Counted from the first letter of the stretch, positions 24,701 to 37,526 are shown. The stretch: 64,000 bases of DNA from Macrostomum lignano (GCA_002269645.1 NIVC01000725.1:62001-126000), one strand, 5' to 3'. Translations and numbers: made by a program. The notes: generated from the sequence alone by a model not told the origin.

Positions 24701-27700
24701 ACTGCCAGTTGCTTTCCACCCAGGTAGAAAATATAAAAACACAAGAAAAAGCTAAATTGGGCTGTTTATTTTAGTTTAACACAGAAAAGGGATGACTTCT
24801 TAAAAAACACAATAACACAGCTATTTAAAAAAACAGAAAAACACAAATAACACAGCAGTGGTCACACTGATGCTCAGTAAAAATGCTTTAATGGATTGCA
24901 TTTTTCCCCTAAAATTAAACAAATAAATTATTATAAACAATTAAACATTAAATGAACTCACAGTCCTCCTTCTTGCCGCGCTGCTGGCACCGTCTGCCGT
25001 CGGCGCTAAAGTACACCAGCACCACTCCGTCGTCTGGTAAATCGTTAAATGTCGAATTCAACGAGAAGACAATCTCGGCCAGGCTCGGCCGGTACAGGAG
25101 GTACTTGTGCGGATTCTGCGACTCCGACAAGCCGCCGTCCGGACTCTGGGCACCCTGCAATGCGGGGTGAGGTCTCCCAGATGCCTCAATACCCTCGGAC
25201 ATTCTTCCCGGTTTCACAATCCCCTCGGACATTCTTCCCGGTTTCACAATCCCCTCGGACATTCTTCCCACTGCCTCAATCCCCTCGGACATTCTTCCCA
25301 CTGTTGCAATCCCTTCGGACATTCCTCCTACTTTCGCAATCCCCTCGGACATTCTTCCCACTGCCTCAATCCCCTCGGACATTCTTCCCACTGCCTCAAT
25401 CCCCTCGGACATTCTTCCCACTGCCTAAATCCCCTCGGACATTCTTCCCACTGCCTCAATCCCCTCGGACATTCTTCCCACTGCCTCAATCCCCTCGGAA
25501 ATTCTTCCCACTGCCTCAATCCCCTCGGAAATTCTTCCCACTGCCTCAATCCCCTCGGACATTCTTCCCACTGCCTCAATCCCCTCGGACATTCTTCCCA
25601 CTGCCTCAATCCCCTCGGACATTCTTCCCACTGCCTCAATCCCCTCGGACATTCTTCCCACTGCCTCAATCCCCTCGGACATTCTTCCCACTGCCTCAAT
25701 CCCCTCGGACATTCTTCCCACTTTTGCAATCCCTTCGGACATTCCTCCTACTTTCGCAATCCCCTCGGACATTCTTCCCACTGCCTCAATCCCCTCGGAC
25801 ATTCTTCCCACTGCCTCAATCCCCTCGGAAATTCTTCCCACTGCCTCAATCCCCTCGGAAATTCTTCCCACTTTTTCAATTCTCTCGGACATTCTTCCCA
25901 CTTTCGCAATCCCCTCGGACATTCTTCCCACTGCCTCAATCCCCTCGGACATTCTTCCCACTGTTGCAATCCCTTCGGACATTCTTCCCACTTTTGCAAT
26001 CCCTTCGGACATTCCTCCTACTTTCGCAATCCCCTCGGACATTCTTCCCACTGCCTCAATCCCCTCGGACATTCTTCCCACTGCCTCAATCCCCTCGGAA
26101 ATTCTTCCCACTGCCTCAATCCCCTCGGAAATTCTTCCCACTTTTTCAATTCTCTCGGACATTCTTCCCACTTTCGCAATCCCCTCGGACATTCTTCCCA
26201 CTGCCTCAATCCCCTCGGACATTCTTCCCACTGCCTCAATCCCCTCGGACATTCTTCCCACTGCCTCAATCCCCTCGGACATTCTTCCCACTGCCTCAAT
26301 CCCCTCGGACATTCTTTCCACTGCCTCAATCCCCTCGGACATTCTTCCCACTTTCTCAAATGCCGGTCTCGCACCTGTCTGGACCCCGGATTGTCGCCCA
26401 GTCCAGCCGGGCCACCGCCAGCACCAGCGGCCACAGGCGGTTGCTTCTCTAACGCCAGGGACATTCTCAGCATGTCAACTGACAGCTCGCTGAACTTGGC
26501 CTGATCAGCGCAGCCGCCAACAATCAAAGCGTCGGCCAGACGAAGCGGCAGCTGTGTCGTCCCGCCGGTCGGGGCGCGCAGAGCCGGAAAGTCAGTCAGC
26601 GGCGGGCTGGTCTCCGGCGATAGGCGCCGCTTTAAAAACAGCTGCCTTCCATCCGAGTCCAGCAGGCTGAGAGGCTGGGCGGCTCGCAGCATCGAGCGGA
26701 TTTCGTCGGCCACTCGGAACCACCAGGCGGCGTCGAACGGCTGATAGGTGGCCTCGTAGTCGGCGATATCGCGGCTGAGGTCCTGCATCAGTTCGGCGGC
26801 CAGCTTGCCGTTCTCAAGCACCAGGCAGACTAATATGAACCGGCACAGGTAGCGCAGCTTCTTCACCATGAAGTCCGGACTGGTAGTCAGGGGGGGGGGA
26901 CGGGTGAGTTGATGAAGCTGAGGTGAGTGAATTTCAAGTTTTCGGTGAAAAATGCACTGCTGCTTTGTTACTAAATTAAAGAGACTGGACGATGCTTCAT
27001 CATCAGTTCTGGTAGGTTATAGTGGGAGACTGGGCGATGCTTCATCATCAGTTCAGCTAGGACATAGTGGGGAAGCTGGGCGATGCTTCATCATCAGTTC
27101 TGGTAGGTTATAGTGGGAGGCTGGGCGATGCTTCATCATCAGTTCAGCTAGGACATAGTGGGGAAGCTGGGCGATGCTTCATCATCAGTTCTGGTAGGTT
27201 ATAGTGGGAGGCTGGGCGATGCTTCATCACCAGTTCAGCTAGGACATAGTGGGGAGGCTGGGCGATGCTTCATCATCAGTTCAGCTAGGACATAGTGGGG
27301 AGACTGGGCGATGCTTCATCATCAGTTCTGGTAGGTTATAGTGGGAGGCTGGGCGATGCTTCATCATCAGTTCAGCTAGGACATAGTGGGGAGGCTGGGC
27401 GATGCTTTATCATCAGTTCTGGTAGGTTATAGTGGGAGGCTGGGCGATGCTTCATCACCAGTTCAGCTAGGACATAGTGGGGAGGCTGGGCGATGCTTCA
27501 TCATCAGTTCAGCTAGGACATAGTGGGGAGACTGGGCGATGCTTCATCATCAGTTCTGGTAGGTTATAGTGGGAGGCTGGGCGATGCTTCATCATCAGTT
27601 CAGCTAGGACATAGTGGGGAGGCTGGGCGATGCTTTATCATCAGTTCTGGTAGGTTATAGTGGGAGGCTGGGCGATGCTTCATCATCAGTTCAGCTAGGA

Positions 27701-30700
27701 CATAGTGGGGAGACTGGGCGATGCTTCATCATCAGTTCTGGTAGGTTATAGTGGGGAAGCTGGGCGATGCTTCATCATCAGTTCAGCTAGGACATAGTGG
27801 GGAGGCTGGGCGATGCTTCATCACCAGTTCAGGTAGGATATAGTGGGGAAGCTGGGCGATGCTTCATCAGCAGTTCAGGTAAGATATAGTGGGGAAGCTG
27901 GGCGATGCTTCATCATAAGTTCTGGTAGGTTACAGAGGGGAGACTGGGAGATGCTTCATTATCAGTTCTGGTAGGTTATACAGCGGAAGCTGGGCGATGC
28001 TTCATAATCAGGTAAACCTACAAGCTAAAGCACGAGTTAAACAGGATAAGAAAAAACGCATATAAACAACAAACCGTTTCTCCGTCTTGGCGTTGTCATA
28101 GTAGCCTCTGCATCTAATAGCATAGTAGAAGCAGTAGGTCTCAGTCAGGTAGGCTGTATTGCTAGTCCTCAGATAGTACTGATAGTACAATTGGCCAATT
28201 TTTGACGCAATCTCGCCGATGTGATGCCGTTTCAACACCTGCTGCTCGCTGAGCGACTCCCTGTACTGCTGCTGGAAGCGCCACAGTTCGGTGAACACGG
28301 CGAAAGCGCGGTCAAAGTACGGCTGCCATTTGCGATAGCCACTGCGAGGTAGGTTCCTGTGTATTGTGGGAGTGTTTTAAAATTGCTAATGTTAGTTATC
28401 TTAGTATTATGTAGCCATATATCAGATATGTTGCCATAATTTTAATAAGTTTTCCTGCACTTGTAATTATCACTATACACTCATTTTACTAACATGTCTA
28501 TAGGGGAATACAGTCCATACAGTCTATAGGGGAATACAGGGGAGTACATGCGCAACAGTCGGCCGAGTCGGCCGATCCGGCCGACCGATTTGGCGGCCAA
28601 ACAAGGAAGTCGCAAAAATGCCCACCCAAAAAATACCGAAGCAGTAGTACTAAGTAACTGACGAGGCATTTTGACTTATTAAGACAGTCATAGTTACTCC
28701 TGGCGTTTACCCAAAGTAGCGTTAATTTTGCTTTACGCTACTTACGCTAGGGTTTTTTTTACATGTAAGTCGCATTTTGGCCAAAAACTACGTCGCATTT
28801 TGTTAAAACTAAGTCGCATGGCCGACCGAATTTTGGAGGTTGCGCATGTATGGAGGAATATGAGGAGAGGGAGCTAAAGTTAATATATATGTTTCCACTT
28901 TCAATGCAATGGGAGCTTTTAAGTAACTGGGGGTTGAGGACTCATGCAACAGAAATTTTTGACACTACCTGCGTTGCATGGAGAGGAGAAAGGCGAGATA
29001 AGGGGAGAATGAGATGGGAGAGGAGAGAGAGAAGAGAAACGAGAGAGAGAACAGTCAGAAAGGATGATCAAATTAATGGGCATTAGGAGCCAAGGAATCA
29101 CAGTTGCTTTCCTGCAGCTGTAAAAGCCAGCAGCAAGAGGTCCCAATGCCCCATCTTTGAAATTCTCAACTAGTATCACTGGCCAGTGGCACTTTACAAC
29201 CATAGCAATGAAAGTTACATGAAGTTACAGAAAACTTATTAGCTATTGAAAGTTATAAAATTTATGAATTTATATGATTTTGTGCTTTTTTGGTAAATTG
29301 TATAACTGTGTCACATTTCTAAGTTCATAAGGCTAAGATAATTTCAGAGGTTGTGCATGTATATATTTAACTATATTTTAGTTAAATATAGGTTTTTATA
29401 CAATACATGGGATTTTAAGGTTTGGTCTTAGATTCTTAACAATATGTTTGAGATTTTTAGTAAACTGAAATATTTTTACTATATAACACAGGACCTAATA
29501 ATAGTTAACATACTTTAGACACTTAACCAAATATTTGTTAACTTTTGTATACTATTTAATTGTATGAACAATTGGTTATATATACTTTATAACAAAAACA
29601 TTTAACAAATGATAAATACCCATAATTAAGGATTACAGTTCAATAAAACTCTTAGCCTTATTTCTACTAAAAGATTATATTTGCAACACTAACAGAGCAA
29701 CCAAAGCTTTTATACCTTAGCCATTTCTGCCAACTCTACTGTCTGTGCCTCCACATTGGCTGCAGCTGCCACTATGCTAGCAGAACTGGAATGACAACAG
29801 CAGTCCCAACAAAAGAAGCAGCACTGGCATAAGATTAGACACAAGCAGAATAATAACACTATTACAAGCATGCCTAGAGAAGAAAGACAAGCAACTATCT
29901 AGGCCTAACAGCTATTAGCCTTGTCCAAATAGTTCTATAATTGACATGCCATATTGTTTAGTAGGTACCACATATTCTACATAGTACTCATAATGATAAT
30001 ACTTGAATAGATAAAATTTTGGTTAAAAAATCACTATAAAACTATATAACTTTTTCTGGAAATTTTAACTATTGTGTTTACACTACTCTAATTCTAACCT
30101 CTGCAATATAACATGATTTATTAGTTGTGCAATGCTTCATTCCTAAGCCTTTTCTTTAGCCCTTCACCCTAATTCTTACTAGACAACTATTTTATTGCAT
30201 TGCCTTTAGGAGTTAAAAATACCAATTATTTAAACTGATGTTGCACTTTAACTGCTATCTACTTATTTTGGTTTCTTTTTTCTTCCAATGTTCCTTTTGT
30301 ATATATCACTCTATATAGTGGCATAGCTAGGAATTTCAATTGGGGGGGCAGGTTAGCCTAGCTGGCCTTGCCTAATGCCATTGCCACTTTTGGCATTGCA
30401 GGTATTTATTTAGGCATCGCAAGCACTCATTTTGGTACTGCAGGTACTCACTTTGGTATCGCAAGCATTCATTTTAGCATTGCAAGCACTCAATTGCCTC
30501 ATGGTTTTTGGTACTTGCCACGCTCAACCATATCCCCCAGGCAATTGGGAGGGGGGCTGCAGTCCCCTGCCCCCCTGGCTATACCATTGACTCTACATAT
30601 ATATATATATATATATATCTATATATGGGGAAATCCAAAAATCGGGGGCAAGTTTTATGAAAATTCGTTTTTTGGCAATTTGAAAGCAATAAAGCTATAA

Positions 30701-33700
30701 AATAAATTTATTCAAGTTTTTAAAAAGTAAAAAAGTCTATTAAAGCACAAATTATTTTCGTATAGCTTTATTTTTAATAAAATGATTTGTTAAAACGGTA
30801 AGTTTAATTACGACCTAAAATGAGTCTAATGAAAATGATTGAAAAGCTATAATAATGTATTTTATTAACTTTAACTATCTTATAATGTTACACTCTATAA
30901 TTCTACAACATATTTAACATTATTTTAAGGTTTTATTTGTTTATCACTTTCATTACTCTTGACAACGTGTATTTTGTAGAGTTCGTTTGCAATAAATTGT
31001 ATTCAACGTAAGTTTATTATTTAAACATACAAATTCCCGTAAGGATTGGAAAATTGCATTTTACTCAGCTTCTAGTGAAGCGATTTGGAAAATTCTTTTT
31101 TTCCTGCATACACGCCGCGATGATACATGTTTTAGTGTAATTTCATTGTTCTTCGTCGCTTAATAAGCATACAGTAAGCATCTGATTTGGAAGCCGGGTA
31201 ACACATTGGAATTCCCATAAGGATTGGAAAATTGCATTTTACTCAGCTTCTACTGAAGCGATTTGGAAAATTCTTTTTTTCCTGCATACACGCCGCGATG
31301 ATACATGTTTTAGTGTAATTTCATTGTTCTTCGTCGCTTAATAAGCATACAGTAAGCATCTGATTTGGAAGCCGGGTAACACATTGGAATTCCCATAAGG
31401 ATTGGAAAATTGCATTTTACTCAGCTTCTACTGAAGCGATTTGGAAAATTCTTTTTTTCCTGCATACACGCCGCGATGATACATGTTTTAGTGTAATTTC
31501 ATTGTTCTTCGTCGCTTAATAAGCATACAGTAAGCATCTGATTTGGAAGCCGGGTAACACATTGGAATTCCCATAAGGATTGGAAAATTGCATTTTACTC
31601 AGCTTCTACTGAAGCGATTTGGAAAATTCTTTTTTTCCTGCATACACGCCGCGATGATACATGTTTTAGTGTAATTTCATTGTTCTTCGTCGCTTAATAA
31701 GCATACAGTAAGCATCTGATTTGGATGCCGGGTTCACATTTTGTGGTACCATTTTTTACCCAAAATTTTTAAGTCTAAATATAGGCATATTACAAATACT
31801 AATACTATGCAAGTTGATATTTAAATGAAAGAAAACAACTTAAAGATTATTTTGCAACAAGGAATTAGCGATATATTTACTTTTAGAAAAAGATGTTTGC
31901 TGGCAAACTTTGCACTTTATATTAGTATGAATTTTTGCGAGTTTATATGGTTTTAGAAAAACTTTGAAATCCTTAGAAATACTTCATCTTTTTGAATTGA
32001 ATAAAAAGTAAAACACAGATTACTTTCTGTTTTGTAAGTAGTAAAAAAATTAGCCTTCTCTAAGGCCTACAAGTCTTAAAATTAATTGTTTAATAATGAA
32101 AAAAAGTGAAACAAAAAATTGCAAATCGGTCAACTCAGACTTTCAAAATGCTTTTTTGTGGTTTTTTCTTATTTATTCAACAATATAAAGCATGAAAACA
32201 ATAGTTTTTATCCAGAACTATTTTCTAAAGACCTATCTATCTTTCAAAAACCTTTTTTAGATACATTACTTTCCATCGAATGTCCGCAGATTTGTTTTAC
32301 CGTTTTATCCCACGTTTTTGGATTTCGCCATATATATATATATATACAATTTTTTGCAATAATTTAACAATTAATAGAATGTTTTAATTTCTTTTTTTGA
32401 AATTTATCTTAACTATATGTTATATTTTCAACATTTAGCTGCTTGAAAGGCCTTACTTCCCTAAAAAATGAGCAAATAAAGTAAAATATATTGACCTTAA
32501 AACAGTGAAAATTTCAATCTAGTTTAAATATATTTCCAATCAATAAAATCATACTTAGCAATTAGCATGCTCCAGACTATGGGGAAAACCTTTAGATTTT
32601 ATAAGACTATATAATAAGATTATTAACAAAAGTTAGAAGAATTTGCTACCTTAGTTATTTGGCTCTTAAATCTAACAAAATATCATGATGATACAAATAT
32701 CCTATTATTAATAAATATATTATTTGGTTATTTTGTTATCTTATATCATAAAAAATGATTATTTAAGTTTTAACTATAAACATACATGTCCAACACTTGT
32801 CCAACCTGTCCAAAATGGACAGGTGAAATGGCCACCAGCCAAGATAAGTTGAAAATTGTAAATGTGAAAAAGGAAAAATTGGGAGAAGAAAAAAGGAGAG
32901 GAAGAGAAAAGGAAAAAAGGAAAGAAAAGAGAGAGAAGGGAAAGAGAAAAAGAAAGAAAGAGAAAAAAGTAAAAAGCAAAAAGTCATACAAAGTGAAAAT
33001 TAAATTGCAATTGAGAGGAACTGGCAATCAATCAGGAGAAACTAAGTCACAAAATCTAGACAAAACTAAGTTGCACTGGACAAGTGAAATTTTAAGATTA
33101 GGCATGTATGACTATCAAGATAGGGCAATAGTGCAGTTTCATTAGCGAAATTATTTTTTCGTTTAAATTTGAAAGTTTGAAACCAGAAAACAATAACAAT
33201 GATGTTTTAAACCATTCTAGCAACTGTCCCAGAGCTCACTGGTCACGGAACTTTAAAGCAAATGGGTGCTCTATTAATATACTTTTTTCATTAAATCTGT
33301 GCCACACTCGAATGCTACTTGAAACACAATTTGTCTATGGAAAAAATAGTTTAAAAAATTGAAAGGGGCTCAAGTGAGGGGGGCTTGAACTGTTTCCCTT
33401 TGGATTTTGGCGCCCTGAAGAAAAAATACTGATCATCACAACGAGCCACAATTGGTGGGGTGGGGGGGGGACAAAGCTTTGGCATGCCCCCCCCACGTAG
33501 CTTTTAATGGGGGGGGGGGCATGTCCCCCCTGGTGGCGACGCGCCTGCTATAGTCTACTACAATCCCATTGCATTAAAATCAATAAATCAATAATCAATT
33601 AATCAGACTTTTCAAATTGCCTCCAATTAAATCTAAGAGCTTTTATCCTAATCAGGACCTTAATTAGACTTTGTGCTGATTATAGAATTAGACTTAGAAG

Positions 33701-33806
33701 ACAAAAGTGGGACAGTGCAGGCAATAACATACCCGATTTGTAGAAACTTCTCATTCGACTTCTCCTTTAGTCGAAAATACTCCTCAACAATTGTTTCATC
33801 GTCCAT
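18701..33806 (-). CDS. SCAI: Protein SCAI (suppressor of cancer cell invasion) homolog
   Basis: Nine exons: 33806-33733, 28356-28075, 26879-26375, 25154-24962, 21966-21846, 20255-20174, 20080-20005, 19322-19149, 18960-18701 (~588 aa), phases consistent. Motifs IGEIASKIGQLYYQYYLRTS, VKKLRYLCRFILVCL, NPHKYLLYRP, FTRKPVFLIVDSDNS, GSLFTLFL, FFRDDFLR. Confidence 0.93.
19047..19131 (+). other. Dispersed intronic hairpin element, copy C (most complete hairpin)
   Basis: CAGGGTGTACA-GGGGCC-CCTGAC-TTTCTCCTCT-GTCAGG-CA-TGTACACTCTCTG nested stems. Confidence 0.7.
19385..19985. repeat. 12-nt minisatellite (GTGCCTGTCCTA/GTGTCTGTCTTA)n in SCAI intron 7
   Basis: About 50 units. Confidence 0.97.
20325..21597. 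repeat. 20-nt minisatellite (CAGACAATGCAGTCTATGGT)n with occasional GAAT insertion, SCAI intron 5
   Basis: About 60 units. Confidence 0.98.
21726..21806 (+). other. Dispersed intronic hairpin element, copy D (inner stem deleted)
   Basis: CAGGCACGCA...ACACGCTCACACAGGGTGTACA-AG-TGTACAC...ATGGCTTGTGAATCGC. Confidence 0.65.
22295..24133. repeat. 33-nt minisatellite (CTCACATTCCYTATTAATAAACAGATCAATAAA)n in SCAI intron 4
   Basis: About 55 units; source of the 629-670 aa repeat ORFs. Confidence 0.98.
24141..24869. mobile_element. Non-autonomous hAT-type DNA transposon (729 bp) in SCAI intron 4
   Basis: Perfect 12-bp TIR CAGTGTGACCAC / GTGGTCACACTG, perfect 8-bp TSD ATGCTCAG (24133-24140, 24870-24877), subterminal AATAACACAGC at both ends, internal acceptor-flanked coding remnant 24623-24404 (-). 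Confidence 0.88.
25185..26360. repeat. 30-nt minisatellite (CTCGGACATTCTTCCCACTGCCTCAATCCC)n filling SCAI intron 3
   Basis: About 39 units. Confidence 0.98.
26985..28010. repeat. 45/46-nt minisatellite with two alternating variants (GGGCGATGCTTCATCATCAGTTC...) in SCAI intron 2
   Basis: About 22 units; variant A TGGTAGGTTATAGT, variant B AGCTAGGACATAGT. Confidence 0.97.
28545..28850. mobile_element. MITE (~306 bp), probably Tc1/mariner-type with TA target, in SCAI intron 1
   Basis: Terminal inverted repeats TACATGCGCAAC / GTTGCGCATGTA (outer TA could be the TSD). Subterminal GGCCGACCGA motifs at both ends. Confidence 0.7.
30316..30589. mobile_element. Degenerate hAT-like MITE in SCAI intron 1
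   Basis: Imperfect TIR TAGTGGCATAGCTAGG / CCTGGCTATACCATTG. Flanks ACTCTATA / ACTCTACA (7/8 match, 8-bp TSD). G/C-run subterminal tracts. Confidence 0.6.
31033..31740. repeat. 178-bp tandem repeat, about 4 near-identical copies, SCAI intron 1
   Basis: AAGGATTGGAAAATTGC recurs at 31041, 31219, 31397 and 31575. Confidence 0.96.
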
Positions 33807-34836
33807 GCTGAAGTCAGCTTAGGCAAGGTCTAGGACTCTTTAGTAATTTAAAAAACAAAGATAGAATACTATACAGCACTTGTCCTTCCTTTGCTTAAAA
33901 ACTACCCCGCCTACTGATTTCTGAAGCTCGGCGATTTTAAAATTCACGCATGCAAGCCACACAAATTTGTGCCAAAATACTTTTCAAAGAAACTATTTGC
34001 GAGGTAAAAAATAAAACAACAGTTCAATAATAACGTATGCTAGAACTATGTTTAAAGCTAGCAAGCTTTAACCTAATAATAAAAAATACAAATTTCAATT
34101 TGAATTTTTGCAGAGTTTTATCATATTTTTATATGCAATAAAATTACGGGTAGAAATAAATGTATTTGCAAATGTCAGGCCAAATAGCTCTCTGGTTGCT
34201 ATACTTGATGAGCGGTACTTGCACTACGTGTAAACGTGTACAGATTGTATGTCTAAGCTAGAACATGACCATAAATGGGATTTCTTGGAGATGCATATGC
34301 GACGTAATTAATTAAACTTCAAGTCTTCAAGAGCAAAATCATGCAAATGCAAATATACAAAACACAAAATACAAAATAAATCGCATGCTTTCAGTAAAAA
34401 TGTAGTATTATTATACATGTACACTCAGTCCACTTGTAGTCCCTGAGTACATAATAACAATATGCTATGCATCGTAGATTTACATGTACATGTAACTAAA
34501 AAGTACAGTGTACGAAAAAAATTGCTGCTATGTTATTTATTTAAACAGTTACCCGGTCACGTCAGTAAATAAAGATGCTGCGATACACTTAAAAATAACT
34601 GCTGCTGTTACATGTACGAATCTTTCTGAGAACAAATCTTGAACCCAGATAATTTATGCCATTAAGAGTCAACGCAAGTCATACAAAATTAGCATATTTT
34701 TGTTAATATTCTTAATAATAGAAATAATATTTTCTAAATTGCATTAACAACTTAGCGTCAGTAAGTTTGTTTATTTGATTTCTAACAAATAACATAGAAA
34801 GCAAAGAGAAATGAAATGAACTATTGTTTTCCACAA

Positions 34837-37526
34837 TCACACCACACTTTCGTCTCTGACAGGTGTATTATTTAGCTTTGAGCGCTGTTGCTTTGCCTGC
34901 GCATCACCGGCGCTATCGCCAGCACCACTAGCGGAGTCGGCAGTCAGTGTCTGCTCTAACAGTGCCAATTCTTCTCGATCTTTCAAGGCTTGAATTATGC
35001 CGCCCAACTGCTGGCCCGGCTGGTCGATAAACACGCGCATATCGACTGGCGACAAGGTCAGTCGGCCCCGATGATCAGTGATCCGACCCTGCTGATAATT
35101 GTAGGTGCGAATCCGGTCCGATCGATCGCGCTGGCTCTGAGCGGAATCGTAGAGGGTAAAACGTAATAACCTACTATCAGAAGTAAAAATCTAACATTAA
35201 GGGGAACAGTCTTGGATACTGTTTTGAAAATTTTTTTGAAGGCTACTCTGAGTGTTAAGTGTCTACTCTTTTACAGTAGCTTATCTGCGCAGTGTCGCTT
35301 AAATTTATTGGGGCATAATATTTTTCCGTCATCGAGGTTTGCGGTCTCAGGAGCATATGCATTGGGTTATTAATGATCAACAAGCATCCAACTTTATGTG
35401 CACAAATGAACACAAGACGGACGAAACTCAGCCTCGGGGGGGGGGGGGGAGAGGCCCAATCTAGCTCAGCCAATGAACGAGCGGTAAGGAGAGAGAGAGA
35501 GATCAAAGTCAGGCGGACGAAACTCAGCCTAGGGGACAGGCCCATTCTCTCAGCCAATGAGCGAGCAGTAAGGAGAGAAGAAGTGAGGTCAAATTCAGAC
35601 ACAACGGGGCAAGAGGAAGTCAAACTGTTTATCAGCCTGGTTTGGGGCTTACCGGCGCCACCCCTTTTCTCTTTTGCTCGCTATGCACACGCACTGGATA
35701 TGACGTGCAGCTTCGAATAAGATGAAGATGCTACCTAACCAGATCAATGGGTCTGGTTGTATAAAGAAAGGTTATTGCTGCAGCTTACAAGAAATACACT
35801 GCAACAAGCCCATTCATTATAATGTTACTACTATAAAGGAGGTGTTAATTTTACTGCTGAAAAAGTAACTATTTATTGCCTAAAGCCAGCCTTCAAAACT
35901 TTTCTAAGAAACGAAGTGTCCTAAAAGCTCACCTGCACAGCCCTGGCAGCCCGTTCCTCATCAGCCAGAGCTTCTAATCTTAAGCGAAGCACTCGCTCTC
36001 GAAGCATTCGATTAGCAATGACCATGTTCTGGTGCTGAGTTCGTTCCACCTGACAGTCGACTCTGATGCCAGTGGGTTTGTGCAGCAATCGAACTGCTGA
36101 CATGTGCTTGTTCACGCCTTGACCGCCGGGGCCAGACGATTTGTGCACCTGCGTTAGCATTGTTAGCACGGTCATGGTAAGGACAGTTGGATAGAGTAAT
36201 TGCGAGTGTGATAACCTGACTGATAGCAAGACAGCTGTCTTTCTTATCGATGGTAGCGAGAATTGGAAAGTCACACACAGAGGCCAGATTCCAATAGAGA
36301 TCATTGAGACTGATGCCTGATGGGCGAGCTGGAGAGGTCACTAACAGACCAGACTTCCTTACTACGGGAGACATTATGGAGAGAGACTAAAAGTCTAACT
36401 AACTAGCTAATTAGCTAACTAACTAACTAGCTAGCTAACTAACTAACTAGCTAACTAACTAGCTAACTAACTAGCTAACTAACTAGCTAACTAGCTAACT
36501 AACTACCTGACAAACTAACAAACTAAATGACTAGCTAGCTAACTAACTAACTAACTACGTAGCTAACTAGCTAACTAACTAGCTAGCTAGCTAGCTAACT
36601 AACTAACTACCTAACAAACTAACTAGCTAACTAACAAACTACCTAACAAACTAACTAGCTAACTAACAAACTACCTAACAAACTAACTAGCTAACTAACA
36701 AACTATCCAACAAACTAACAAACTAAATGACTAGCTAGCTAAGAAATCACTATCTAACCAACTATTTAAAAGTCACAGATCCAGAAGCGATTGACAATGG
36801 TTACTTCAGCAATCGAATCTACCTGAATTTCAATATCCGCCGGATTCAACTCAAAATCGGCAGCCGCATCCTCGGGCTTCGGCATGACAAACACGGTGGC
36901 CGTGCTGGTGTGAATTACGTCACCAGTCTGAGGCACCCGCTGTACCCGGTGCGTGCCGGTCTCGTATTTGAGCTCGTCGAATATGCCGACTCCGTTGCTG
37001 ATCTGAGAAGTGAAAGAGGCAGTGGAATCGAATATATGCAATGGAAGTGCCACAAGTAGGGAGGGGGTCATGAGCACCAGTTCGACTATACTATTTATTC
37101 ACCTCTAAGGCGCCACTTCTCAGGCCGCCAATATCCGCCCTGGCCTCCTCAACAATGTCGAAATGCCAGCCTTTGTACTGAGCGTAGGCGGTGTACATGT
37201 GAAACAGCTCGGCGGCGAACAGCATGGCTTCAAGGCCGCCCACGCCCGGCTTGACTTCTAGCAGGACTGAACAGTCCGATGGAAGGGATCTGGATTGATT
37301 GCAGCGGAGCGGAGTGGAAATTCTGAGCAACTGAATAGACAGACACACAGACAGACAGACAGACACACAGACAGACAGACACACACACAGACAGACAGAC
37401 AGACACACGGACAGACAGACAGACAGACAGATACACACAGACACACACACACACACACACACACAGACAGACAGACAGACAGACGCAGAGACAGACAGAC
37501 AGACAGACACACAGACAGACAGACAC

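Noticed and set aside
11865-31740. Regularly spaced repeats that could be mistaken for CRISPR arrays
   Set aside because: Head-to-tail units with no unique spacers, no cas genes, eukaryotic context.
32786-33145. Lys/Glu-rich 119-aa ORF
   Set aside because: Low-complexity A/G tract antisense within SCAI intron 1, with no recognisable domain.
33420-33546. G/C-run segment ending CCCCCTGGTGGCGACGCGCCTG that resembles a MITE right end
   Set aside because: No matching left TIR or TSD found, so it is not called as a feature.
35405-35530. GGACGAAAC, as in hammerhead ribozymes
   Set aside because: No CTGANGA at a suitable distance in any permutation.
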